Part shown: positions 12,950 through 26,202 of the stretch, piece by piece | Numbering within the stretch: position 1 is the first letter of the stretch | Layout of the letters: every line of letters begins with the position of its first letter | Assembly (NCBI GenBank): GCA_015680685.1 | Contig: MNCI01003377.1 | Coordinates: 764,708-828,707, forward strand | Direction of reading: 5' to 3' | Length of the DNA: 64,000 bases | Origin: Gnetum montanum | Taxonomy: Eukaryota > Plantae > Gnetophyta | Translations under genes and position numbers: made by a program | Notes under the pieces: model-generated | The model's input: only the letters and a program-made list of their open reading frames with translations | Told to the model about the DNA's origin: nothing | Databases searched by the model: none

Positions 12950-14820
12950 AAGTATAGAACATCCTATGAATAAAAATGTATTAAGATCTTTCTTTGAAAA
13001 AATAAACCTTGCTAAGAAATTTATTCTTAGATTTACAGAAATAATGAAACCTCTTCCACATATGTTAAAAAAGGATGTGGAAGTAAGGAAGACTAAAGAA
13101 ACACTTGAAGCTTTGGATCAAATTAAGGAAGTCATTTTAGAAGCTTTGTATATAGTGAAACCAAAATTAAGAGAAATTTTATGGTTATATGCTTTTTCTT
13201 TAACGGATTCATTGGTTGCAATATTAATAAAAAAAGATGAAATAGAAGAAAAGTCAATTAAATTTTTTGATTACCAATTAAAGGAAGCTAAGAGAAAATA
13301 CTTTGAATTAGAAAAAAAAGTGTTTGTCATGATTAAACATTTGTGGCATTTTAAGTATTATTTTTAAAATTCTCTAGTTTATATTATGATCATAAAACCA
13401 CTTGTAAGGCAATTTCTATCTCAAAATGAGATTGGACTAAAGAGAGCTAACTGGATAATTAAACTTCAATAATTTATGTTTGCTTTGGAAACTTTAAAAA
13501 TAATAAAGAATATGGGATTAGCTAGGATGATGGTAAAAAAATCAGCACTATCCCTTTTTGAAATCATGAATTGGTATGATGACATAGTAAAGTTTCTTAC
13601 TAGCAAGAGATTCCTAAGATGTTATCTTAAAGTAAGAAAAGAGATTTTATAATCAAAACCGATAAATACATATATAATTAGGGAACTCTATATAGGAAAG
13701 ATTTCATATGTATTTTATTGAAATCAATATTAAGTCAAAAGATTGAAGACATATTGAAACAATTCCATGATCATGAAGGCCTATATTACAAATCCCCTAG
13801 AACCATAATGCAACATATATTGAGATATGGTTTTTATTGGTCCACTATGTACAAGGATGTGAGAGATAAAATTTTAACCTATCATGAGTGTTAAATATAG
13901 AAACCAAAGCTAAAAGAATCTAATGCTTTGCTAAAACTAGTAATAATAGAAAACCCTTTTCAAAGGTCAAGATTGAATTTTATATGAGCAATTACTCCAT
14001 CTTAGGTAGGTCATAAGTTTCTTTTGACAACCACTAATTATTTTACTAAGGGTTTAGAGGCTAAAGTGAGAAGAAGAAGTACATCCTATGATGTAATTAA
14101 GTTTCTTAAATAATGCATTATGAATCGTTTTGGAATGCTAGAATCATTAGTGATTGATAATGGTACAACTTTCTAATTAGTTGAATTCATAAGGTGGCCT
14201 TCAGAGAAAATCCATTGTGCTCTATTCATCTTGAAACTACTATTTGCAAGGAAATGGTTTGGCCAAATCTACAAATAAAAAGCTAATCTCTTACATCAAG
14301 CATTCCATGGATAATAATGTGGAAAATTAACATGAACTATTGCAAGGAGCCCTATGAACTGATAAGATTAGAATAAAGAAATCTATTGGGACTACACCAT
14401 TCAACTTAGTTTATGAGTTTAATGCTTGAAGAACTAATATGTTCATGTCTTCAATAGTAGGATTTATGAAAAATTACAGCCTATTATTAGACAAGGAACA
14501 AGCTATGATGGCTTTATTATTGAAGAGGGAAGCTGAAATTCATGAAGCCCAAGATAAGCTCTTACATAAAGCAGCATTAATAGAGAGATAGTTTAATCAT
14601 TAAGTAGGATGGAAGGCATTTAGAAAAGGAGACCTGATTTTGTTGTGGAAAGTTAATAAGAAAGATAAAATAAATAAAATTTTACCTATGTGGATTGGGC
14701 CATCGATGATAAAGCATCAAGTGGCTGAAAATACTGTTAATATTGCTTCACTAGATGGAAAAGTGTTGGCTATTCATTTAATTCCCTTCATTTGAAGAAT
14801 TATTTTAGAGAACCACCCAC
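12950..14820 (+). pseudogene. pol: RT C-terminus, RNase H and integrase of element B (RT core deleted)
   Basis: ORF 12966-13367 (LRSFFEKINL..F....KPL..MLKKD; YFELEKKVF). Integrase motifs GFYWSTMYKDV, LTTTNYFTK..EA, DNGTTF, YLQGNGLAKSTNK, GTTPFNLVY and W.GP. Confidence 0.88.
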
Positions 14821-15310
14821 TTAAAGTAGCTCAAGAATGATCAACAAAATTGTAAATATGTACATAGTGTGTTGTAACTAATTAGTTGGATTTATGAAAC
14901 GTTATAGCTTATGATCAGACAAGGAACATGCTATGATGGCTTTATTATTGGAGGGAAGTTGAAATTCATGAAGCCCAAGACAAGCTCTTACATAAAGTAG
15001 CATTAATAAAGAGATAGTTTAATTATTAAGTAGGATGGAAGGAATTTAGAAAATAAGACTTGATTTTAATGTAGAAAGTTAAGAAGAAAAATAAAACAAA
15101 TAAAATTTTAGCTACATGGATTGGGCCATTGATGATTAAGCATCAAGTGGCTAAAAATACTTTTAATCTTGCTTCATTGGATGGACAAAGTGTTGAGATA
15201 TTTATTTAATGCCCTTCAGTTGAAGCATTTTTAGAGAAACACCCACTTAAAGTAGCTCAAGAATGACCAACCAAATTGTAAACATGTACATAGTGTATTG
15301 TAACTAATTT
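14455..15310 (+). repeat. ~428-bp tandem duplication of the integrase C-terminus and following spacer
   Basis: tagtaggatttatgaaa... at 14455 recurs as tagttggatttatgaaa... at 14883; both copies end ttgtaactaatt. Confidence 0.9.
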
Positions 15311-16121
15311 CTTAGGACTAGATAGGAAGGCTAAAGTCAAGCTATAAAATCCATAATTGTATAATGGCTAGAAAATCAAGATCCACTATAAGAAAAATAT
15401 TTTTTATAGATCCAAGAAGAGTCAAGATGAGAGCTAGACCTTTCATTTCATACCTATCTAAATGTTTCCTTGAACATGCACAAAGGATATTTTGTAGAGT
15501 TATCTCTTATGTGGTAGTCTATAATTATCCATTTAAGACATTTAAGACATAGATCTCTATCAAATTTTCCATACTAACAAGTAGCAAATTTATTCATATT
15601 TAAGAGTGGGTTAAATTTTTGGAGTGCTTAGATCTCTTACAAAGAGAGGGCATTAATAGAGAGAGTCCAAACTACGTTTTCAATTATGAGGATGTTTTGG
15701 TAAATCAGCCTAAAAATGACATTGAAGAAAATATTGGAAGTTTAGAAAAGGAATAAGAATAAGAAGAATAAGAAGAGCCCACAGAATATGCAAATTCTAA
15801 GAAACCCAAGGAAAGACAAGGATAAGGCAACAAAATGAAAGCCAATATACCTACTCAACTGATAATCGATATTGAGTATGATGAAGATTTAGAATGAAAA
15901 GTTCTAAAGAAAGTAGTAATTACTGTACAATGTTGTCTAGTTTCATTAGGTTAGCTTCAGTTAGCTTATTTTAATATTTTAGAATTGGGATTTTTTCATT
16001 CTTGATAAGCCTTAAGCTACAAGGATTTTTTCCAATAAAAACATTTGAACTTTTATTCAATTTATCTATGATTGTACATAAGCATTACAAAAAGAAAGTT
16101 GTTTTTGTTTGGGAAAATTGT

Positions 16122-19100
16122 TGTTAAAATAATTAGTCACTTTCATGGAACAAAAATTTTTATGTGTGTCCAATGCCATTAAAATAAATCTTGACATATC
16201 CAAGGGATCAATTAAGTTAAATGAAAGGTAGAGTAAGAAGTATTGTCATAAGATTTCTTGGAATTTGTAGTGGATAATGATCCAAGCTATATTACTAATT
16301 AGATGAAATTAAGCCCTAAATTGAAGGAAAATTTTAAAGGAAAGTGCTCATAGAAATGCTTGAGATTTAAGATTCATTTTATTGGCTTGATCCTCCTTTT
16401 AAGCAAAAGGATTTTAAGGCTTAGCAATCTACACTAATGCCTTATCCATTAATATAGGAAGGCTTAATTTTCATTTCTAAAGAGCAAAATCTCTTAGTAT
16501 GATTAAGCTAATCTTTAATGCATGGAATGTTTAGTTGAAAAATCCTAAGAGAAACTTTTGAAGAATTTTTAACAAAGATGCCACTTAAATTAAGGGCTTT
16601 GTAATCAATTTTTTTGAGGAAAAATGTTTTAAAGCTATTCCACTTTGACAATTATAGAAGCTTATTAAATTTATAGGTAGTTTGAATAACTAGGGTTTTG
16701 AATTTAGAATCAGCATAGTGTAGGATAATTGAGGTAAGACATTAAAGATAGGGCTTACATAAGTTAAATAGGAACAAACATACATTTTTTTACCTATTAG
16801 CTAAACTACGATTAATAGGAATGGAATCATAGAGCTTATGAATTAATTTCATCTAAATGGGAATTGGAACAAATAGTTGAGTGCTAAGGAAATTCTCATT
16901 TCAAGAAAATGAACTCGAGATGAATCCTTAAAGTGTGTTGACATATCAACTCATATAGGATAAAATTAGTTTGAGGAAGAATATGAAAGATGGCTTTGCC
17001 AAATTAGCTTTGCTAAGGTAGGAAGGTTGCAAAGTTGGAAAATGGCTCTATTTGAGAATACACTTCATGGCTCTACCATGATGGATTTAGCTTATGATAA
17101 AGGATTTGTAGAGTCAAAAAGTAGTTCTACAAAATGGCTCCATACGAAAATCTATTTTCAGTTTTCCCACATAAGCTTCATTAATATGACAAAGACTAAT
17201 AGTGATTAAAAATGTTCTACCACATCAACTCATAGAAGAGGTTTGTAGAGCTTTAAAGTGATTCTACAAAGAATCTCTGCCACTTAAGCTATTAAGTTTT
17301 ACTTCATAGAACTAACATCTAGTTCTATGAAGAGAGAAGAAAATTGATTCTACTAGCCATGTCATCATCTACGAAGTTAGATTTTAGAACTAGTTCATAA
17401 GGTAAAATTGAATTCTTTGAAAGAATTTCATTTTAACTCTATCACATTAGCATCTATGAAGAGTAAGTTCATAAAATGAAAGCTAGCTCTATGAACTGGT
17501 TCTATGAGCCACATTATCATGTAGTACATAAGCTTCAAAGAGAGAGAACCTTTCATAGAACTAGAATTTGTTTCTATAGGTGAGCTCAGAAATGGCTTTT
17601 CCACCTTAGCTCATAGAGGAAGCTCATAGAACTAAAAAATAGCTCTATGAAATGATTCTTCTAAGAAAGCTCTTGATGCGAAACTAGATTCATAGAGTTA
17701 AAAAGTGGTTCTTCAAAGAAGCTTTACCATGTAAATTCCCTAGTTAGTGTGTGTTTGTAGAATTAAAATATGGCTCTACTAAATAAAGAAAAAAGTAGTT
17801 ATATGAGCTAGCTCAACAGATTTGCCTCATCACATGAACTCCTCAATATAACAAATCTATAGAGCTAGAAAATAACTCTACAAACTTAGAAAATGATTCT
17901 ACAAGTTCACATTAGCATTGACGGATCTACAAAATCTAGTTGCAAAGTCAATTTGCCATGAAAGATCTTTTGTAAAATCAGCTCATAGACCAAGAAAATG
18001 ATTCTATAAAAATTCTCAACAGTAGTTCTACGAGTCACATTAGCATCCACCATGTCTACTCTTTAGTAGAATGAATTCAAAGAACCTAACCATGGTTCTA
18101 TAAAACAATTCTATAAACAATGGCTAAGGATCCCAATGAGCCATTTCAGATTAAATAGTGTTACATTTGTCCCACAAAAAGTTATGACCTCAAATTATGC
18201 ACATGCACATTATAACTTTAATCTAGCTTAGCAAATTGAAGGAAAGGAATATGATGTAGTACATAGAGTTAAAAATTAAATCTATAAAGAGGAGTAAAGA
18301 TGGTTCTAAATGCCACATCAACATCTACTACATTAGTTGTCTTTGTAGAATGAGCTTGTAAAGCCTAAAATGGTTCTACCAATAAGCTCCAAAATGGGTC
18401 TACAAAGTTCTACCACATTAGCTCTAAGGATAGTTCATAAAACTTAAAATAGGTTATACAATAGCCAAAGAATATGATATAGCTTATAGAACTAAAATCT
18501 TGTTCTATGAAAAAGCTTGATGATCATTCTTCCATGTCAGCTCTTCTAAAGAAAAAATCTATAGAACTAAAAAGAAGCTCTACAAACAAGCTCAAAAATG
18601 ATTCTACAAGCTAAATTTAGGATGATCTTTTAATGTAGTAGCTCAAAGAAATAAAATCTTACGACATGTTGCAAGAACAAAGCCAACTAGCCTATCTAAA
18701 ACCAAGAGTAGAGATTTCAAGTCATAAATCCATAAATGAATAGAGGCAAGAACCAAAATAGAGTTAAAAGTAGCATAAAGCTATCATTCAAGTTCAAAGC
18801 AAGAACTCCAAAGAAACAAACATTATTTGGAAGATGGATAGAAAGGAGTAGAAATTTTTGAGTTAGTTAGAGCTAAAATAAAATCATTATTTTAATTTAA
18901 ACAGGGTTACTTAAATACGATGATGATAGTTACTAGTATGATGAGGGAAATCATCAAAAATAAGCTTCAATTGAAACATGTTCAGTTCAACACAGAAGCT
19001 ACTTTAATAGAAATAACAAATTTCCTAACTAAAATAGTTTTGGGAGAAAAAAACATTGAAGACATCATTATAGAAGCTTAATGACACTAAAACATATTGA

Positions 19101-19348
19101 ATGAATCAAAATATTAAGATTCTTTTCAATTGTGAAAGGTTATCTCAATAATTGTCAATTGAAGAGCTCTAGATTCAAAGAATGATGAGAAACTTACCAA
19201 GAAACTTAATAACTATCCAATAGCCTTCAATTATTTGAAGAAAACATGTGGGATATGAATCTTAAATTTATATAATTTTTTTAACTGTTAGCGGTTATTA
19301 TATATATTTCAAACTAGAAGCTTAAAAAAGAGAGGATCTAGGGGCCTT
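16122..19348 (+). repeat. 3' LTR of element B (last ~760 bp missing)
   Basis: Collinear with 5986-9284; similarity stops abruptly after ggatctaggggcctt. Preceded by purine-rich gggaaaa. Confidence 0.88.
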
Positions 19349-22277
19349 TAAGTATCGAGGACTTAGAATAGGGGTTGAATAAGTTCTAGCTAATGAGACC
19401 CAATTTTTACACAATAGATGTACATGATTCCCCAGCTTGGATACATCTGCACTTGAAGGGTAGAATTCTTACACACATATAAACTTTGTTTCTTAAAAAT
19501 TTTCTTTTAAGGATACCATGACCTTTACAAAGTCTTGAGTTTCACTAGGGGTGTTTTCTTTCAAAAATACATCCAATCCCTTAGGGTCCCAATAATTTCA
19601 AAAGATGTCTTCTCTTAAGAAGCATATCCAATCCACCAAGGCTTACAAAAGGAGATAGAAAGATTAAGGAAGATTATGAACTAAGCTTCTGATTTTTTTA
19701 TTTTGGTTTAAAAAAAAAAAGCAATATAATAAATGATAAGAATAAAAAGTACAAAATATCTCAATTGATGTATAAAATTATTGCTTGATCACATAAATTA
19801 TGCTTACTTTTTCCAAAATGATATCACTATCTTTTATAGCTTTGTTAGTATCAAATGTTCACTGGAATTCATACAATGGCTAGAAATGTCTAGTTAAAAT
19901 GCCTTCCATAAGCTTGAGATGTCTTATTGGGTTTCTCCATGTTGTAGGTTAGACATCTTATTTATCCTAAGACATCTTGATCTTTTTAAGGGTGACTTCA
20001 CTCAGACATATTTCCTTAACTTGAGATGTCTACTTTTTTTTAGAGACATCTTACCTAATACCAAAGATTCTTAGCAAAGATGTCTTGAAGTAAAATGAGA
20101 TTTTTTGGTAATCTCCAAGATATCTTCTTTGAAACATTAACATCTTACATGTGAGTTTTTTTCGAATCCTTACAATTGCTTAGACCTACAAGATCTCACA
20201 AGCATACTTCCAAAAGACTCCATTTTTCAGAGTTTTGATAACCAAAAGGTCAACAATGGATTACTACAAGCACATACATACATATATAATTTGAAATATG
20301 TAATAAATTTTAAAAAATAAAATCCTATAATAGCAAGGATGGAAAGGAATGATGGGTTAAGATTAATAGTTACTCTTCCATTAGCAATGATTTCAAGAAC
20401 TAACAAGAATAAGTTACATCAAAAGTCTATCCATGTCTATCCATAACATGCATTCCATATGGTTTGTATTCACATAAAGGATGTTATAATATGAAAGATA
20501 GCTATAAAATCATTAATATTATATAATCACGCCATGTAAAAAAAGTCATGAGATCTCCACATAAAACAAAAGCTAAACACTAAGTTATATAACATAGATA
20601 CTAAATTTGCTATATATATAAATATTATGATCAAATTCTCCTCCTTTTTGGACAAAATCCAAAGGGGAGTCATCACCAACCTCTTAACTACTAACTTTAG
20701 TTTCATCATCAGAATCAGATGCATCATGAATAGGCCTGTATGTTTCTTCCTCCTCCTCATCATGATTGATATTAGAGGGGAGATCTACTAAATGTTATCA
20801 TAATATTCATCATCATCAAAGGTTATTGTAATTGATCCTCATCTAGGACAAAGCTTCACCTAAGACTAAGAGGATGGAGGAGGATTATCATGAGATGGAG
20901 CCTTCCTAGAAGATGATGGAGTAGCATTGTGTTGATAGCTTTTCTGAACAACTTGTTCTCAATGTGTTGCTGCACCAAAAATATTGCCCATGGCCTACTG
21001 ATCAAAGTTCTATGGTACATCATCACTTTTAAAAAATTTGGAGAGTCTTTTAGAAGACTTCCCCTACACAAATACATCTGGTGTTGATGCATCTGGTGTT
21101 ACAAATGGACTCTCCCTAGGCATGTGTTGGTGCTCTTGCTAGTTCTTCTAAATCTAAAGAATTTTTCAAATCATATGCTTGAAATTGCCTTGCTACAATA
21201 GAGTGTCTAGTAGGTTATATCTTTCCTTCACTATCTATTAGGTTCTATCTCTCCTTCACTATCTATCCAATGTGGAGTCATAATCTCCTTAAATTGAAGA
21301 CCACTAGGAGGAGGAGGAAGACCTATTGATCCAATTCTTTGGTGAAGGAAAAAAAGATTTCTCCTAATCTTTTCCATTATCCTATAAATGAAGCATTAAG
21401 ACCTTATTTAAGGAAGATCCTTTCCTAGTACTAATAGACTTGGACTACCTAAGTTAAGATGCTACTTGTGGTGAAGAAGATACCTATCTCATGCATGTCT
21501 AAGATGATGAAGGAGCTATGGATTTTACATGAGTTGTATTCTTCTTCTCAAAGTACTTAGCAAGATTCATTTTTTCTTTTAGAATGGGAAGATCTTGAAT
21601 GGAAACACTCACTTAACGTACAAGTAGACTAATAAGAAGAGGGTGTCTATAGATGCATTCTCAGTTAGTATTCCCAACATATCCTTGCAAATAGTATGCC
21701 CCAAATCTAATGGTTGTCTTATTAGTAAGTAATATAGGATAAATGCATATGGTGGTAGCAAATAATTATAACTTCCTCCTTTGACTATGATATTATACAT
21801 CATGCTAAGTGAAAGAGTAGAAGCATATTGAGACATATGATGTTTATAAACTTTACCAACTCTAGGAGAAATTAAGCTACCAAAAATTACATCAAAAAAT
21901 TCATCTTATGTGACAAGAATGATATCATTAGTGAAAATATCATCCATAGTATGAATAATAACCCTGTGAACATTAACACTAGAAACCCCAAGTAAAGCAT
22001 TGATAACTTGATGGGACACTTCAACAATAAGTCCCCAATCCATGGAAGTGAAAGGGAAGAGGAAAAACACAAACACAGGCAGGCGAAAGCTAGCTATGGT
22101 GGTGGGGTTTTCTCCAAGTGGAGTCATGATGGAAAATCCTAGGGTTATCTCTTGCTTTTGTTGCCTATTTGGTGGCTCTCCCAAATGCAATTTGAGGTAG
22201 AGTAGTAGGTAGATTTAATGGTTGGAGTTTGCACGCTTGTTAGAAGAGGTGTGCTTCTTGCAAGCACTTCTAGGCAT
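19349..22277 (-). mobile_element. 3' fragment of a copia/SIRE-like element: LTR ~19349-20255, PPT-like hairpin ~20635-20669, env-like ORF remnant ~20690-22277
   Basis: On the minus strand the LTR starts TGTTGAC, has a CTATAAAAG box (~19831-19839), palindromic AGACATCT/AGATGTCT repeats (19915-20130) and a terminal ATTCAACCCCT block resembling the SIRE ATTCACCCCCCT motif. No pol is visible, so the superfamily call is indirect. Confidence 0.5.
20690..22277 (-). pseudogene. env-like / 'putative plant transposon protein' (Transposase_32-like) ORF remnant
   Basis: GLIVEVSHQVINALLGV (ORF 21906-22190) and YNIIVKGGSYNYL...AFILYYLL..QPLDLGHTICKDM (ORF 21609-21836) follow the pattern of SIRE/Athila extra ORFs; low-complexity Pro/Ser/Asp tail toward 20700. 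Confidence 0.6.
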
Positions 22278-22883
22278 GGCTACACCAAAAGTTATTCCAT
22301 CAATGCTCATTTTGAGCTAAGTCATCATTTCATTCTATCATTTTATATTTCTACAACTAATCTATGGTCTCTGTGTTGTGGATTAAACATAGAACCCATT
22401 TTACTTTAGAACTCAAATTAATCCTATCCAAGTTGTTAGCTATTTCCTGCTTTAATTTCATGTTTTATTGATACACAAGCTTTATTGCTGAAAATTTAAA
22501 AAGAAAATAGTTGTCTTTCTGTCAAAATTATCTTGAACTACCTTTTATATTTCCTTGTTAAAATCATTAAACTTATGAGCATCTTTATACATCACAAAAT
22601 GTCATGTTGCCCTACCAACTGAGACTATTCTTGGGTTTCCATACCCATACTTGAGGTTCCCTAGGTGATAGTCTCCCTAAACAAGTTTTTTGAGTGTTGG
22701 TGTGTCCAAAATTTATGCATCAACACCTACAACTTTGAAATTTTATCTTTTAGTATTATTGTTGTAATCTATAGCATCATTGTATCATACACTAGAAAAA
22801 CCTAAAAATAAATAATTTTAAATTTTAAATTTTATAGTTGCAATTGCAATGTAGATGCTAGAATCCCTTCTTAATTTTCTAGC

Positions 22884-23055
22884 CTCATTGATGCTATAGC
22901 TCTCATTAACACTACAAAATGGTCATTAACATTACAATTGTCATTGGCACTACAAATGTCATGGATGCTATACAACTGTCATTGAGGCTGCAATTGTCAT
23001 TAATGCTGTAAGTATCATTGATGCTACACAACTCTCATTGATACTATAACATTCA
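22884..23055. repeat. Degenerate ~18-20 bp minisatellite (tcattgatgctacaactg-like, ~9 copies) just upstream of the A2 gag
   Basis: Repeated tcatt(g/a)(a/g)(t/c)(g/a)cta..aa units visible directly. Confidence 0.8.
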
Positions 23056-23128
23056 TACACTAAGCTTCATTAATACTTTATTAATGTCTTTTCATCAATC
23101 AACTATATTACCTCTCAACCTTACCTAC

Positions 23129-24465
23129 ATGGCACCAAACCAAGATGGAGCCTATGTGTATGACCGGAAAGCTTCATCCATCATTGAGTGTAGACAATCG
23201 CTTAGGAAAAGGGGAAAGAACCCAAACTTTGTTATGATTATTGAGAATTTTGATAACTTCCTCTATGCAAAAATATAGGCTAGGCTTCTAATACCACATT
23301 ATGAATCTAACACTAAGCATCAGTTTGAAACCATACACCAAAATGGAAAAGAATGCATCCCATTCCCTTGTGACAAGATCCTCCTTACTAACTTCTATGC
23401 ATACATCCTTATATAACTCATAGAAGTTGATGAGTGGAGTGAGGATATTAGCTTAGATGGATACCAAGAAGAGAAAGATAAATTTGAGGCTGAACTTGTG
23501 CGGATGTGTCAAGGTCTAGATCAAGCCTTCTAGATGATCCAAGACGTCACTATAGAGCTATGAAAGCTTAAAGCCTCTACTACTCATATGGTTAAGATAA
23601 TGAAATTCTACCAAGATGATCCTATTAGTCCTAATGTTCCCCAGATAACTCTTCCTATAGGCATTTCCATTTCCAAGTTCACCAAATACAATGATGAGGG
23701 TGATCCTAATGCACATCTCATTACCTTCTATTCTAAGTGCTTGTTGTTACAAGCTTGGCCTCCTACCATTATTCATGTATTCCCTATGTCCCTCATTGAA
23801 ACAGCTTTGGATTAGTACCGCGCATTACCTAGAGGATCCATTAGCTTACTAAAGGACTTAACTTCTCATTTTGTTAACTATTTCAGGTATAACTTGAAAC
23901 TCAATACGATCCTTGACCAGCTGATGAAGGTTAAGTAGGGGTCCCTTAAACCCATGCAGAAGTTCATACAATGATGGAATGATCTTCTCAATAAGATTCT
24001 TGAACCCATAGCCAAGACACATCTTCTTGCCATATTCAAGGAGGTGATTAATGATTTTATTAAGTCCAAAATTTATTAGTTAGATCCATGGTCCCTTAGC
24101 CAAGCTTTCGTAGAAACACAGAACATAGAGGATGTTGTTGAAGGAAATCATAATCCTACCTATGTAGCATACAAGAATCAACATACATGAATAAATAAAG
24201 ACAAAGGGAAGCAAAACCACATAGCTATAGCTATTGTAGCCTAAGAGGCCAAAACAACATAGGGGCCAAAAAAAATCAACTAAAGGCCCCTACTATCACC
24301 ACTCAAACCTAAATTTCTGAAGCATCTACATCTAGCCCACCTAGGGCTAACTTTTAGAAAAAGAATTGGTCAAAATATATGAAGTTGTCCTTGAAATCAT
24401 CTAAGCTTCTTGACCATTTACTAAACTTCAATGTTCACCACTAAACTTCTAAACTTCTTGGTGGT
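23129..24465 (+). pseudogene. gag: 5' part of gag of family A copy A2
   Basis: MAPNQDGAYVYD... aligns with the A1 start at 3121; contains SKFTKYNDEGDPNAHL...HVFPMSL. Breaks at the A4 LTR and resumes at 40729. Confidence 0.85.
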
Positions 24466-26188
24466 TGTACTGACCTAAATCGTCAGTGTAAGGCTAGAAA
24501 GGAAACAAACACCGAGAGATTGTCAGGCAGCCACAGTTGAACCTACCTTTGCCCAAGGGCAAGCTGGAAAAGTAAACGAAGGTAGAGTGCCTTGGATGGT
24601 TCACACGCAAATCAACCAAGGACTTCCCCAAGCGTAAGTTATGGCTAGCGTTGGGGTTATCGTAAATAGGATGTAAACGGAATGTAAACAATGATACGAA
24701 ATGTAAATAAAGCATACAGAATTATGAATAAAGAATAAACAAAGTTATATTTGTAAAACATAAATAGAACTAAATACTGTAAATGGGAGGCAATAATGAA
24801 ACTGTATTATTATTTTTTAAAAAAAAAATGTGCACCGGTCAAAGCGTAGTTCCACAAGTGTGAATGGCAAGTCAAACACCTAGCCCTGGAAAGATATGAC
24901 ACGATGATGCGACGATGCAATGGGATGAACGTGAGAAGAACTTGGAAGCCAATAATCAAATGTGCCGAGCACCCAAGGATTGCAAGTTCTGTCCTCCTTC
25001 AGAATTTCCAATCTCTCCAATCTTTTCCTCTTCCTCTCCCTTCTCTCTTGCTGCTTTTGCTTTGCTTCTCTTGCCTCCTTTAGTTTGTGTGAATTGATAG
25101 GGTATTTATAGGGTTTGGCTAGGGTTTTCTTTGACCAGGTTCAATGTATTTTACAATTTGTGGGTCATTCAAGCCCATAAAAAAATACAAGCCCTCAAGC
25201 AAATAAAAAAAAATTTAAAAAAATTTAAAAAAATTAGCTCCAACTCTGGCCCACTTGGNCAATGGGATGAACGTGAGAAGAACTTGGAAGCCAATAATTA
25301 GATGTGCCGAGCACCCAAGGATTGCAAGTTCTGTCCTCCTTCAGAATTTCCAATCTCTCCAATCTTTTCCTCTTCCTCTCCCTTCTCTCTTGCTGCTTTT
25401 GCTTTGCTTCTCTTGCCTCCTTTAGTTTGTGTGAATTGATAGGGTATTTATAGGGTTGGGCTAGGGTTTGGCTAGGGTTTTCTTTGACCAGGTTCAATGT
25501 ATTTTACAATTTGTGGGTCATTCAAGCCCATAAAAAAATACAAGCCCTCAAGCAAATAAAAAAAATTTAAAAAAATTTTAAAAAATTAGCTCCAACTCTG
25601 GCCCACTTGGAAAAATTATATTTCTTTTTTTCTTTTTTTTTTTGCTAAATATTTGGCTTAATTTTGCATGGGCTTTCATATCCCTTTACCATTTTATAGA
25701 TTTCTTGAAAAAGAAAATCAAGAAGGATTAACACTACCTCGCTTGTCTAGCATCCAGCGTGACTTGCAAAGTGACCTTCAAAACTTGCAATTTTGAGCTA
25801 AAATCTAGAATTTCTAAAGGCTGGGACCCATAGTTGTCAATAGTGGACCTTGAGGACGACTTACACCCTTGAAATCAAGTCATTTTGGCTCAGTTTTGGG
25901 GCTCTAAAAGTTGGTGACGCTGATCCTTACGCTGTGCAACGTCTGAAAAAGTAACCAAAGTGTACTTAGCCAAAACCAAACATTTTGAACCTGAAACTTT
26001 TAATTCTGGATGCTGGAAGTTGGTGCATTCGCTTGTGGGCCCAGGGGGACCTTGCCTATTGAATCATGGACCATTGGGGGTTGTTTCGGAGGCCTCCAAG
26101 TTTGGTCACGCTGTACTCATGTTGGGCAGCAGCATGACTTAGCTTGATTCTTATCTAAAAGTGTGAGGCCAAAATTAGTGGTGTTTCA
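24466..26188 (-). repeat. 3' LTR of A4 (inflated by a ~340-bp probable assembly duplication)
   Basis: Minus strand reads TGAAACAC...GTACA, with a CCTATAAATA box, and the PPT is adjacent at 26190-26202. Confidence 0.88.
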
Positions 26189-26189
26189 T

Positions 26190-26202
26190 TGGCCCCTCTT
26201 TG
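26190..26202 (-). promoter_or_regulatory. Polypurine tract of A4
   Basis: tggcccctctttg reads caaagaggggcca on the minus strand, directly before the LTR. Confidence 0.85.

Larger units (their letters stand above)
5986..19348 (+). mobile_element. TatII-type Ty3/gypsy LTR retrotransposon (element B), degenerate, 3' LTR truncated by a later insertion
   Basis: Long direct repeats starting TGTTA at 5986 and 16122, PBS at 10056, internal order gag, protease, additional RNase H, RT C-terminus/RNase H, integrase. Confidence 0.88.

Noticed and set aside
22290-22726. Possible additional LTR end (...atttatgcatcaaca)
   Set aside because: No second copy, PBS or TSD in the window to support it.
24918-25610. 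~340-bp near-identical tandem duplication inside the A4 LTR
   Set aside because: The copies are almost identical and joined by a single N at 25259, typical of an unmerged contig overlap.
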